From: Octopus bimaculoides
Taxonomy: Eukaryota
Direction: 5' to 3'
DNA length: 64,000 bases
Assembly (NCBI RefSeq): GCF_001194135.2
Contig: NC_068983.1
Location: 68,685,437-68,749,436, forward strand
Part shown: piece by piece, positions 25,009-37,509 of the stretch
How positions within the stretch are numbered: position 1 is the first letter of the stretch
Layout: each line of letters opens with the position of its first letter
Made by a program: the position numbers and the translations under genes
The notes under the pieces: model-generated
Seen by the model: the letters and a program-made list of their open reading frames with translations, nothing else
What the model was told of the DNA's origin: nothing
Database searches by the model: none

Positions 25009-25188
25009 CTGAGTCAAGGTTCATTAGTGACTGTATCCCCATCATTGGTGAAGCGCCGAAAGACTCATTTCCATAATTTACCATGTGGTGTACACATTAT
25101 TCTTGGAAACAATGGTTACATCTGGATAGCCCCAATCTCTCCGGAGGAGGATGAAGAGTCTGGTGGAGGTTATGAACAAAATCTGTCT
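25009..25188 (+). CDS. EXOSC2: EXOSC2 coding exon (180 nt), KH domain with GNNG motif
   Basis: tgtttcag acceptor, TCT|gtaagt donor. LSQGSLVTVSPSLVKRRKTHFHNLPCGVHIILGNNGYIWIAPISPEEDEESGGGYEQNLS. Confidence 0.96.
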
Positions 25189-26009
25189 GTAAGTATCATT
25201 TTCTTTAAATGTTGATGATTGATGATGATGATGAATAAAGACAATGTCCATTTTCCATGCTGACATGAATTGGATACCTTGACAGGAACTGACAAGGTCA
25301 GGGCCCACATCAGTCCCATAGCCTGTTTTGGCATGGTTTCTACAAACTGGATGCCCTTCTTAATGCCAACCATTTTACAGAATGTGCTGGGTGCTTTTTA
25401 TGTGACACCAGCACCCACACCAATGCTTTTTACATGACACCTTGGTTTTAGGGTATAAAGTTTGTTGTAGTGGGTGGGTCTTCTTGAGTATAGCAATGTG
25501 CCACATATTCCGGTCCTCTGTCATCTCCTTTGTAAGGCTCAGCATATTGGATGTATGATTGTTTTGCTAACTCAATAAATAATATATTTATTATCATAAT
25601 TTTAATGTTCATTATTTCATGCTCTTGTGGGTTGGATGGAATTTGTTAAGGCTGATTTCCTACAGCTGGATGTCCTTCCTGTCACCACTTTCACCTGTTT
25701 TCAAGTAAGGTAATATTTTTCCATGGTCAGACATGTTTTTCATGGAAGATTGGAAATTAAGGAGACCACTTGCATGACAGTAACACTCGTTTACAATTAT
25801 TGCATTATGTCATGATAAGGAGATGGTAACACACACACACACACACACAACAGGCTTCTTTCAGTTTCCACCTACCAGATTCTCTTACAAGACATTGGTT
25901 GGCCTGGAGCTCTAGTAGAAGACACTTGTCCAAGGTATCACACAGTAGCACTGAATCTGAAACCATGCAGTTGAGAAACAAACTTCTTATCACACTGCCA
26001 TGCCTGCAC

Positions 26010-27475
26010 ATCATCATTATCATCATCATTTAGTGTCTGTTTTCCATGCTGGCATGGGTTAGATGGTTTGACTAGAACTGGTAAGTTGGGGAGCTGCACC
26101 AGGTTCCAGTCCGTTTTGGCTTGGTTTCTACAGCTGGATGCCATTCCTAATGCCAACCATTCCACAGAATGTTGTGGGTGCCTTTACATCTGATACCTTT
26201 TATACCCAATTTTTCTCTTAAGACACTTACACTCTGTCATACATAAACATTGACATTGCACATCCAGCAGAGCATACTAGCTTCATTTCTTTCAAGCCTT
26301 TGCATGTCCTCTGCAGTCACAGCCCATGTTTCACTGCCATGTAGCATGGCTGTTTGCACACAGATATCTGTCTTTTACTCTCAGGAAGAGGCTTTTTGTT
26401 ACCAACAAAGGTAGCAGCTCTCTGAACTTCACCCAGCCTATTTTTATTCCAGCAGCTGCACTCTCAGAGCATCCACCTCCACTGCTTACTTGGTCACCTA
26501 GATAATGGAAGCTATTTATTACTTCTAAATATTCCCCTGGGCATTTGACAAAGTATATTCTCTGTACATTCCTAGTGTTTATTGTACCTATACACCTGTC
26601 ACACACAAAGACTACTGTTAACCTTCCTCTGATACTGCTGCACCTGTTATGTATCCATAGCTTGCACCAGGTACACTTTATGGAGTTTCTACCTACATCT
26701 TTTCTGCATATTGAGCAGAGCCAGCTCCCTGAAGGGATTTGTGATTTGTCTGTTTTCCTACTTACTAAGACTTTGGTCTTTGCTAAATTAACTCTGAGGC
26801 CCTTTAATTCTAGACCTTGCTTTCACACCTGAAACTTTTTCTAGTTCTGGTAATAATCTAGCTATAAGAACAAAGTTATCTTCGTAGAGGAGCTCCCAAG
26901 GGCAGCCCGTCTGAAATTCTTTGGGGCTGAGAACTGATCCTTGTTGAATTCCTACTTTGTACATTGAATTCATTGCTACACTCGCTGTCTACTTTCACCT
27001 TACTGATAGCATCCCTGTACTTGGCTTGTACAGCTCTCACCAACCACTCATCTATCCCTAGCTTCTGCATTGACAACCAAATAAGGGAGCAGAGGACCCT
27101 GTCAGAGGCTTTCTCCTATGTCAACAAAAACCAAGTACAGAGGTTTACTTTTGGCTAAGTACTTCTCTTGCTGCTGCCTTAATAGGAATATAGCATCAAT
27201 AGTGTTTCTCCTTGGCACAAGACCAAACTGCATCTCATCTAGACTAACTCTTTTCCTAATTAGTTGATCTATGACCTCTGTAACTTTCATCACCTGGTCC
27301 AACAATTTGATACCTCAGTAACTATTTCTGTCTAAGGCATCACCTTTACCTTTGTAGCAGTTGACTATGGTGCTGCTGCACCAGTCATTGGGCATGACTC
27401 CCTTGTGGACAACTTGATTAACTGTATGTGTGACTAGACCATATCCTACTCTGCCAGATATTTTTTAGCATCTCA
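26010..27475 (-). mobile_element. 5'-truncated RTE-clade LINE, same family, minus strand
   Basis: Minus-strand ORF fragments LDQVMKVTEVIDQLIRKRVSLDEMQFG..., LGIDEWLVRAVQAKY..., GCPWELLYEDN..., FHYLGDQVSSGGG.... (CAT)n tail at ~26010. Confidence 0.9.
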
Positions 27476-27942
27476 GTGGTGATTTCTGATGGGCTAGGGG
27501 CTTTCTCCATCTTCATACCCTTCATGGCTTATATATATATAATTTGTATATATNNNNNNNNNNNNNNNNNNNNNNNNNNNNNNNNNNNNNNNNNNNNNNN
27601 NNNNNNNNNNNNNNNNNNNNNNNNNNNNNNNNNNNNNNNNNNNNNNNNNNNNNNNNNNNNNNNNNNNNNNNNNNNNNNNNNNNNNNNNNNNNNNNNNNNN
27701 NNNNNNNNNNNNNNNNNNNNNNNNNNNNNNNNNNNNNNNNNNNNNNNNNNNNNNNNNNNNNNNNNNNNNNNNNNNNNNNNNNNNNNNNNNNNNNNNNNNN
27801 NNNNNNNNNNNNNNNNNNNNNNNNNNNNNNNNNNNNNNNNNNNNNNNNNNNNNNNNNNNNNNNNNNNNNNNNNNNNNNNNNNNNNNNNNNNNNNNNNNNN
27901 NNNNNNNNNNNNNNNNNNNNNNNNNNNNNNNNNNNNNNNNNN

Positions 27943-27981
<39 letters not shown>

Positions 27982-28459
27982 GTATATATATGGTCTCTCT
28001 TTCCAGCTCCATTCCAGTTACTTTCACCCACTCTTCTAAAATGTTAGTAGCCCCGCAGCTACTCTACAACAAGAAACCCATTTTGGACCACTTCTGTCGT
28101 ACGTCAATTATTTCCTAGTATAGAACCACTGTCCTCTCCACTGTAGCTCCACTCATTCAAAGCACCATTAACTTAGCAGACATTCTGTAAAGGTGACTGA
28201 TGCTTATGATACTCCTTTGTCCTTGTCAGCATCAGAAATGCTGTAAGCCAATGTTTGGTCAACTGGAAATCTTTAACCAATGAGGGCGCCTGGCTTAGTG
28301 GTTAGGGTGTTGCACTCACAATTGCAAGAATGTGGTTTTGATTCCCAGAACAGGTGGGTGATCATTTCAACATCTGACATGTGACACATCATGTGCCTGT
28401 ACAGGCAATATCAATTTGATGGAGGAAGCAAGCTAATGTACAACACAGACATTTGGTTA

Positions 28460-30472
28460 CCAGCACCATAGTCAACTGCTACAAAGCTAAAGGTGATGCT
28501 TTGGATAAAAATAACTACAAGGGGTATCAAACTGCTGGATCAGGTGATGAAGGTCACAGAGAGGGTAATAGCCCAACTAATTAGAGAGACAGTCAGCCTA
28601 GATGAGATGCAGTCCGGTTTTGTATGCTATATTTTTGGTAAAGCAACTGCAGGAGAAATACCTAACCGAAGATAAACCCCTATACTTGGCTTTTGTTGAC
28701 TTGGAGAAAGCCTTTGACAAGGTCCCCCAATCCCTTATCTGGTGGGCGATGTGGAAACTAGAGATACATGAGTGGTTAGTAAGGGCTGTACAGGCCTTGT
28801 ACAAGGATGCTGTCAGTAAGGTAAGGGTCGGCAACAAGTATAGTGAAGAATTCTGGGTAGAAGTAGGGGCACCAAGGATCAGCCCCCTCTTATTCATCAT
28901 AGTCCTCCAGGCAATGACAGAGGAATTCAAGACAGACTGCCCCTGGGAGCTCCTCTATGCTGATGACCTTGCACTAATTGCTGAGTCACTATCAGAACTA
29001 GAGGAGAAGTTTCAGGTGTGGAAGCAGGGACTAGAATCGAAGGGCCTTTGAGTCAATGGTGCAAAAACCAAAGTCCTAGTAAGTAGGAAGGCTAACAAAA
29101 TCACAAACCCCTTCAGGTAGATGGCCCTGCTCGATCTGTAGAAAAGGTATAAGTAGAAACTCCATAAGATATACCCAGTGTAAGTTATGGATGCATAAGA
29201 GGTGCAGCAACATCAAAGGAAGGTTAACTGGGATGATAGTTTTTGTGTGCGGCAGATGCACAGGGGCAATAAACACCGAAAATGTTCAGAAAACAGATTC
29301 CATCACATGCCAGAGGGAGAAACTAGAAGTAGTTGATAGCTTCCATTACCTAGGTGACCAAGCCTGAAGTGTTGCCACTAGAATAAGAAATAACCTGGGC
29401 AAAGTTCAGGGAGCTCCTACCTCTGCTGGTGACAAAGGGCCTCTTGCTCAGAGTGAAAGGTAGATTGTATGATGCATGTGTGTGAACTACCATGCTACAT
29501 GGCAGTGAAACATGGGCTATGACTGTTGAGGACATATGTAAGCTTGCAAGAAATGAAGCTAGCATGATCCGCTGGATGTGTAATGTCAGTGTGCACACAC
29601 AACAGCGTGCAAGCGCCCTGAGAGAAATGTTGGACATAAGAAGCATCAGATGTGGTGTGCAAGAGAGATGACTGCACTGGTATGGTCATGTACTACATAT
29701 GGATGAGGAGAGCTGTGTGAAGAAGTGTCACTCCCTAACTGTGGAAGGAACATGTGGAAGAGTTAGACCCAGGAAGACATGGGATGAGGTGGTGAAACAC
29801 GACCATTGAACGTTGGGCCTCACAGGGGCCTCAAGTGACCTAGACCTCTGGAGATATGCTGTGATTGAGAAGACCCCAGCAAGTAAAGTGAGATCACAGC
29901 TGTAGCCTATACTAGTGTCGTATAACCAGCCCATTTAAAAAGTACCTTTGAATTGTTGGGCGACACACCGTGCTTGAGGAGACCTATTGAGTGAAGTAAA
30001 ATCAAAATAAAAATTACAATCAGAATCTCAATCAAATCGAAATCAAAATGGAAATTGTAGTTGTGGCTGATGCCAGTGCTACCCGACTGGCTCCCATGTT
30101 AGTGGCATGCAAGAAGTACTTTTCATGCNNNNNNNNNNTGGCTCCCATGTTAGTGGCATGCAAGAAGTACTTTTCATGCATGAGACGATGCCAGTGCTGC
30201 CTGACTGGCTCCCCGTGCCAGTGACACGTAAAAAGCACCATCTGAACGTGGCCGATGCCAGTGCCACTTGACTGGCTCCCATGCTGGCGGTATGTAAAAA
30301 GTACCCACTACACTCTTGGAGTGGTTGGTGTTAGGAAGGGCATCAGCTGTAGAAACCTTGCCAGATCAGATTGGAGCCTGGTGCAGCCTCCTGGCTTGCC
30401 AGTCCCCAAACAAACCGTCCAACCTATGCCAGCATGGAAAACAGACGTTAAACAATGATGATGATGATGATG
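28460..30472 (+). mobile_element. 5'-truncated RTE-clade LINE (RT domain, Cys-rich region, 3'UTR, (GAT)n tail), degenerate
   Basis: LYLAFVDLEKAFDKVP, SPLLFIIVL, ELLYADDLALIAES (RT motifs). Downstream MLHGSETW-like and RGRPRKTW-like segments. 3'UTR ends acgttaaacaatgatgatg. Confidence 0.92.
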
Positions 30473-30760
30473 AAACAAATCATCTGTGAAGCTTGCACAA
30501 CAAGAAATTATGGAATCCTCTTTCTTGGATTTGAGAAACTACCAAGAAGAAAAAACAATGACAATGGTTGTTGTTCACGAATTGTGATATAAACTAAATA
30601 AATGAATATGATACATAGATTTAAGTGTCAACTGCTGGCCACATTATCATTACTATAGCTGTTGTATCATGCACATGAGTAAGGTAACTGATTAATAGCA
30701 TGATTTCAGTAGATTTGTATTATGTTTTGTTCTGATGTATTCTGTTATATTCTCTTGCAG

Positions 30761-30889
30761 CCAGTTTCCTGTGGTGACCGAGAGGTGATTGCTCGCATGA
30801 GGAACTGTATCCTGGCTCTCAGCCATCACAAGATGATGTTGTTTGATACCAGCATATTGTATACCTATGACAATTCCCTGAAATTCTCA
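30761..30889 (+). CDS. EXOSC2: EXOSC2 coding exon (129 nt)
   Basis: tctcttgcag acceptor, TCA|gtaagt donor. PVSCGDREVIARMRNCILALSHHKMMLFDTSILYTYDNSLKFS. Confidence 0.96.
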
Positions 30890-31699
30890 GTAAGTTTCAA
30901 AATGAGGCAGCTTTTATGTTTTCAGGAACTGTGTGTTTTTGGATAGAATATTGTGTTTTCTTTTCTTTTTATGCAAACTGTCAAATTTAGTCCAAACACC
31001 CTGTATATGTGAAACAAGATTTGAGGGAGTTGTTACCTTTGTTGACAACCATGAATTTCTTTCTCGCTGCAAAAGTCAGAATTTTAAAAAGAAATAATTT
31101 GTAAGTCAGTCAATAGAGAAAGCAATGCTCATTGCTTTTACTGTCTGCCCAGACTGGTAAAACTGATACATTTAATGCCCAGCTGGAATATCTGTAGATC
31201 ATACATAGTTGGGGAAGATTGACATTGTAGTCTGGATGCTCATGACTGTGAATCAGCTAATGTCTCCCCAGGTCCGAATAGGGTTGTTGCACCAGGTGGT
31301 CTGTTAGATGTTACCAGACTGCATTCCTTGAATTGTGTGTAAGAAGTTGATCCTGTATAGCAACCCACGGAAAAGTAAGCATCAAAATAGTAATGGTGAT
31401 AGTGATTTAAAGTATAGAAAATTTCTAAATTTCTCCTGAAGATGTTCTTGAACAGTTCCTTCACTCTGGCTCAACTCTGGTTGAGTACACCTATGCTACA
31501 GAAGTAGTTAATCAATTGACAATATCAGTCAGGTATTCCAGCTCTGATTATGCAGTCTTTATTTTTAAAGCATGCTGTCTTATGATATAAGACCTAAATA
31601 AAACAGCTGGCTCCCTTGATGCCAATTTCCTTTTTGAAGTGATCTAAATGAAAACTTTTCAAAATTTTATGTAAGTTTAAGTTCCAAACATCAGCTTAA

Positions 31700-32385
31700 C
31701 AATCCATTCATCTTTTCGACTCACTATTCCTGGAAGGGTCATGTGGGTAGAGTCCTCAGGCACCTCTTCCATAGGGTCCTATCAGAAAACCAGCATTAAA
31801 TTTTCCAGTTGGATTCCCAAGCATGACAAACTGAGACTATGTTTATTATCCAACCATCTTGTTCTTTGTCTACCTCTAGGTCTTCTGCCAGTTGGCTTGG
31901 CTTAAGGAATCTGTCTTGCGACTCTTTCCTGTGAATTAGTGTTCTGAAGATTGAAATATTTGTTTTCTCAAGAAACTCATCCCATAGTACTTTACATGTT
32001 AGTGGAATATCACTGAGACAAGGAGAGAAGCTTAAGTATCTCAGGACCATATTCATGAGTGGTGGAAGGCAGGAGGCTGAATTGAATGCTAGAATTGCAC
32101 ATGCTGACAAAGTAATGTACCGACTCCAGCATTCGATCCTCAGAAAAGATGTTGGTAAAAAAGCCAAATTTGCTATTTTCAATTAGGATTTCATGCCTAT
32201 CCACATCACCTATGATCATGGTTGTTGGTAATAATTAAAAGAGTAGTAGATACAAGCAGCTGAATTGGGGTTCCTCTGAAAGGTCTCTGAAGTAATGTTT
32301 TCTCAACAGGGTGTGTAGTTTGAAGATCAGGGAGTCTAACTCTGGGTTGAGCTGCAACTTTTCCACATTGAGTGGAACTAAGCTG
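31700..32385. mobile_element. RTE fragment with internal inversion (twin-priming type) in the last coding intron of EXOSC2
   Basis: ~31700-31930 aligns in the same orientation to 41940-42112. ~31938-32385 aligns as the reverse complement to 42142-42550 (EKLKYLRTIFMSGGRQEAELNARIAHA on +). Confidence 0.75.
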
Positions 32386-32609
32386 TCATACAACTTAGTT
32401 ATGACAAGGTCATTTTACGAAATTTCCTCATTTATTTTAAAATTATCTAGCAGAACATTAAGACAGTAAATTAACTTTGCGAGAGATTTGTTAGCTATTT
32501 CTAGCATGTTGAACGACCACCTTGAAGCTCCTGATGAGCCTAGCATTTGTATAACAGCAAAACTGACCTCTGAAAGTCACCTGACCTAATTTATCATTTT
32601 CTGTTACAG

Positions 32610-32690
32610 TGTAAAGACATCTTGAAACCAGAAATAATGAATGAGATTGTTGAGATGACACGGTTAAGGCTTGAACAAGAAACTCTTTGA
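32610..32690 (+). CDS. EXOSC2: EXOSC2 last coding exon (81 nt to stop)
   Basis: ctgttacag acceptor. CKDILKPEIMNEIVEMTRLRLEQETL then TGA at 32688-32690, matching the RRP4 C-terminus (KDILKPEIM motif). Confidence 0.94.
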   Translation, partial: CKDILKPEIMNEIVEMTRLRLEQETL

Positions 32691-32749
32691 TTAGCAGAAT
32701 ATCACCTATCGTTCAGGCCATCGATCTACAATCTTCATTGATCTTACTG

Positions 32750-32945
32750 GTAAGTGATTGCTATCTATTAGTCTCCAACTATAAATATTAACTTCTCATT
32801 CCATTTATGTTGTGGTGGCAGTGGTAGTGAAAGTGACAGCTGTTGTAGTAGCAACAGCAGTGAAAATAATGTTCCAAACAACTGTATGTTCTATTGGCCT
32901 TCTCAATGTTGGACTCTAATTTTATTTCTGTTTATTTACTTACAG
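32750..32945 (+). other. EXOSC2: Probable 3'UTR intron of EXOSC2 (196 nt)
   Basis: Consensus donor CTG|GTAAGT at 32750. CTAAT branch candidate at 32916-32920, then a pyrimidine-rich tract and TTACAG| at 32945. No transcript evidence available. Confidence 0.65.
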
Positions 32946-33529
32946 GAGGCTGCTTCAAAAGCAATGGTGAAGAACATGACTATTCCTTTGATTTCCACTT
33001 TCTGGCCATGGGTTTGCTTGTTCCAGCTGCTCAACAATCACAATCAGATTTTCACCCAATACTTTCAACTCCTATTTAGTTGTGTTCTTTTTTTTTTTTA
33101 ATTTATATTTAGTTCTTCTATCTACATGTTACCTACCATGTCATCTCTGTCTGCTCCATCCTTCATATATACAGTTGACAAATTATGTCTGGTGACCTTC
33201 AGCAGCAGTCAATATCATCATCACATTCATAAAGTTTCCTTAATTTCTCTTGTGTCATCTCATCTTTTATCTCAAAATCCTCCTCTCATACCACTACCAC
33301 CATTACCATCACTGCCATTACAGTCACCATTACAAGCTTAGCAATCATTTTCATCTTTCTCTTTACACTGCTGTCTATCTGAGATAGTAGCTTAGTCAGA
33401 GGTCAGTAGTGTGGATTATCTCAACTCTAAACATTCTGTTTCATGGGTGAACATACGCATGGTCACTCTACCTACTAGAAATAGCAGCAAATCTCTCAAG
33501 TCTTACAAAAAGGACATTTTGAATAATAT

Positions 33530-33690
33530 GAGTGGTTGGCGTTAGGAAGGGCATCCAGCTGTAGAAACTCTGCCAAATCAGATTGGAGCCTGGTGTAGCC
33601 TTCGGGTTCCACCAGTCCTCAGTCAAATCGTCCAACCCATGCTAGCATGGAAAGCAGACGTTAAACGATGATGATGATGATGATGATGAT
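33530..33690 (+). mobile_element. Young, strongly 5'-truncated RTE tail downstream of the EXOSC2 stop
   Basis: gagtggttggcgttaggaagggcatccagc...gacgttaaacgatgatgatg. An AATAAA follows at 33709-33714. Confidence 0.85.
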
Positions 33691-35929
33691 CCTAGCTGTA
33701 TCTGGGGAAATAAAAGACTTGAATTATCATGGTTGGAATGCTTTTTGCTTGAGACTGACCTGGGGATAAACAACATCAACGATAACATCTTGTTTTATAT
33801 CAGAATATATTGTCTCTTCCTTAATAAGAGTGACCCCAGAGATCTCAGTTCCATAATGTAGTATTGTTATTGTCATATAAAGTAAGACTTGTTCCGTATA
33901 AAAACTTACCTCAACTAATTGAACCAAGGAGGTTGGTATCTCTTCAGCAGACTGACACCATAGACAAAGAAATTCAGTCTCAAATAGTCCCTGACAGCTC
34001 TGACTGCAAGGGAGTCATTCAAATGGCAGGGAGAGGTGTATGTCTCTGGCTGATGCTTGAATAATACTTGGTCTAAATTTTATCTTGTGATCTTGGGAGG
34101 TCATCAAAAATGGCAAAAAATAAATATATATAAATAAAACAAATGATCTGGTGGAAGGGTTAAGAAATTCCATTTCAATTAATTCTCATAATCAGACATT
34201 CCTCATCATCTCTTATAGACATAGAGGAAAACACGCACACACAAACACAAACAGAACCAAGGAACTTAATGACATTAAAGAAATCTGGTACCACAAACAT
34301 TCTGTCCAATGTAGAATTTAAAACAAAATGCAGTTATTTGATGTTATTAATTAATTTTTTTTTTCATTTAAACATTGTATTGTTTTTTTTACATACAGTT
34401 TCAAAAAAGATTTCTTATCTTTCATTTTCATCATCATCACCATTATGACAACTATCACCAATCAATCATCAATACCAGGTAATGGAAATGTCCACAGGAA
34501 ATCTCTTAATATTATCTTTCATGCTTTTTTCCTATGTCTCTTTCAATATATGTGTGTGTGTGTGTGTTTGATATACTGAAGTACAGGCATGGATGTTTAT
34601 TTAAAAGGTTGCTTCCTAACCCTGGTTTTGGGTTCAGTTCCACTGTGTGGAACCTTGGGAAGTATCTTCTGCTACAGCCCCAGGCAGAGCAATGTTTTAT
34701 GAGTGGATTTGGTGGATGGAAACTAAAGAGGCTCATTGTGTGTGTGTGTGTATCATCATCATTTAACGTCTGTTGTCCATGCTGGCATGGGTTGGACAGT
34801 TTAACCAGAGCTGGCAAGCTGGGAAGCTGCACTGGCTCCAGTCTGATTTGGTTGGATGCCCTTCCTAATACCAGACACTTTACAGAGTGTGCCAGGTGGC
34901 TCTTATGTGACACTGCATAGGTGCTTTTATGTGGTGCACTTTTATGTGGCACCAACACAGGACTCTTGCAGGTCAATCCTTACCACAAGTGGGACTGATC
35001 TTAACACTTCTGCAGAGGAGTACAGATTATATANNNNNNNNNNNNNNNNNNNNNNNNNNNNNNNNNNNNNNNNNNNNNNNNNNNNNNNNNNNNNNNNNNN
35101 NNNNNNNNNNNNNNNNNNNTATATATATATATATATATATATATGATATATGATCATTATCATACACATGATTTTATTTGTTTGTTTTATTTAAAGTCAG
35201 GTTTCCAAAGCTAGCATGGCTTAGGTGGGAGGAAATTGAAGCAGACTTTCTATGACTGGGTACTTTTCCTGGTGCCAACCCATACCTATCTTTTATGTAT
35301 GGAACTTTTTCTATTCCAGAAAGATTTGAGGATGCAGACCTAGAAGATGAATTGTTGATTAGAAGTGTTAAAGGTTACTGGTCACAGCCTAACGGCAAAT
35401 GATGATGTCATTGTTGTGACGTCATTATTCTTTCTATTATAGACACATGGCCTGAAATTTTGTGGAGGGGGTTAGTCGATTACATCAATGCCTGTTCTTG
35501 ATTGGTGCTTATAAAGAACATGAAAAGATGAAAGGCAAAGTCGACATAGGGTGAATTTGAACTCAAGAGTGTAAAGATGGACAAAATGCTGCTAATCATT
35601 GTATTCGATGTGCTAATGGTTACACACACACACACACACATACGTGGTGGGCTTTCAGTTAGTCAAGCAAACACACTTGCTTGAGTGTAGATGTGGGGAA
35701 TGAGAGATGGCTAGAAATGGGGTAAAGGTGAACGTAGTGAATGGTGAAAGGTGATGACTGGTGGCGGTACAGAAAGTGTGAAGAGCAGTGGAATCATAAT
35801 AATACAGTAGATGGGGAAGGAAGAAAGACATGGAGGGGATGGATAGTTGTTGGGTGAGTGACGGTTGCAGGAGTGTGTAGGAAGAGTTAGAGGAGATGTG
35901 CAGTGATAAAGATAGAGGGAGTCATATAT

Positions 35930-36985
35930 ATATTACTCTTTACTCTTTACTCTTTTACTTGTTTCAGTCTTTTGACTGTGGCCATGCTGGAGCACCTTTA
36001 GTCGAGCAAATCGACCCCAGGACTTATTCTTTGGAAGCCTAGTACTTATTCTATCGGTCTCTTGTGCCGAACCGCTAAGTTACGGGGACATAAACACACC
36101 AGCATCGGTTGTCAAGCGATGTTGGGGGGACAAACACATACACACATCAGCCATGCTACATGGCAGTGAAACATGGGCTGTAACTGCTGAGGACATACGT
36201 AAGCTCGCAAGGAATGAAGCCAGTATGCTCCGTTGGATGTGTAATGTCAATGTGAATACCCGTCAGAGTGTAAGTATCTTGNNNNNNNNNNNNNNNNNNN
36301 NNNNNNNNNNNNNNNNNNNNNNNNNNNNNNNNNNNNNNNNNNNNNNNNNNNNNNNNNNNNNNNNNNNNNNNNNNNNNNNNNNNNNNNNNNNNNNNNNNNN
36401 NNNNNNNNNNNNNNNNNNNNNNNNNNNNNNNNNNNNNNNNNNNNNNNNNNNNNNNNNNNNNNNNNNNNNNNNNNNNNNNNNNNNNNNNNNNNNNNNNNNN
36501 NNNNNNNNNNNNNNNNNNNNNNNNNNNNNNNNNNNNNNNNNNNNNNNNNNNNNNNNNNNNNNNNNNNNNNNNNNNNNNNNNNNNNNNNNNNNNNNNNNNN
36601 NNNNNNNNNNNNNNNNNNNNNNNNNNNNNNNNNNNNNNNNNNNNNNNNNNNNNNNNNNNNNNNNNNNNNNNNNNNNNNNNNNNNNNNNNNNNNNNNNNNN
36701 NNNNNNNNNNNNNNNNNNNNNNNNNNNNNNNNNNNNNNNNNNNNNNNNNNNNNNNNNNNNNNNNNNNNNNNNNNNNNNNNNNNNNNNNNNNNNNNNNNGA
36801 TGATGATGATGATGATGATATATACGACAGGCTTCTTTCAGTTTCTGTCTACCAAATCCACTCACAAGGCTTTGGTCAGCCCGAGGCTATAGTAGAAGAC
36901 ACTTGCCCAAGATGCCACACAGAGGGACTGAACCCGGGACCATGTGGTGGGTAAGCAAGCTACTTACCACACAGCCACTCCTGCA

Positions 36986-36988
<3 letters not shown>
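35930..36988. mobile_element. CORE-like SINE (-) interrupted by an RTE 3' fragment (+, ~36149-36819, partly in a gap)
   Basis: The SINE body stops at its (CA)n tract at ~36148. MLHGSETWAVTAEDIRKLARNEASMLRWMCNV follows, then Ns and a (GAT)n tail, and the SINE resumes at atatacgacaggcttc at ~36820. Confidence 0.8.
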
Positions 36989-37028
<40 letters not shown>

Positions 37029-37509
37029 AGAAATGAAGAGAAGTGTACTTAATACTGGAGGCAGAGTGCAAAATTTCTGTTTTGGAATTCATATTGGTAC
37101 CTGAATATGATATTGCTTTGTCTTAGTGTTGAAACATTAGGGACTGATCTGAATTTTGGGTGACTTAAGGAACTGGTAACATGTTGGAAAACTCCAGACT
37201 AACTGGGTCAGCTCAAAAAAATTATTACACTCCATTATGATATTGAGTACTTTCCTCCTGTTTTTTTTAAACCAATGCCCTATATGTGTGTTCATATCTT
37301 CTTTTTAGCTTTTATTTGTTTCAGTCATGTGACTGGCCATGCTGGGCCACTGCCTTGAAAGGTTTAGTTAAATGAATCACACCCCTTATTCTGTTGATCT
37401 TTTGCCTTACTGTTAAGTTATGGTGACATAAAAAAACCAGCACCGGTTGTCAAGTTCTGGTAGGGGTACAAACACAAAATCACACACACATGCATATGCG
37501 TACCTTCCT

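Noticed and set aside
32886-33101. ORFs downstream of the stop as an alternative EXOSC2 C-terminus or a separate gene
   Set aside because: No similarity to RRP4 or any family I recognise. The canonical C-terminal exon at 32610-32690 already completes the protein.
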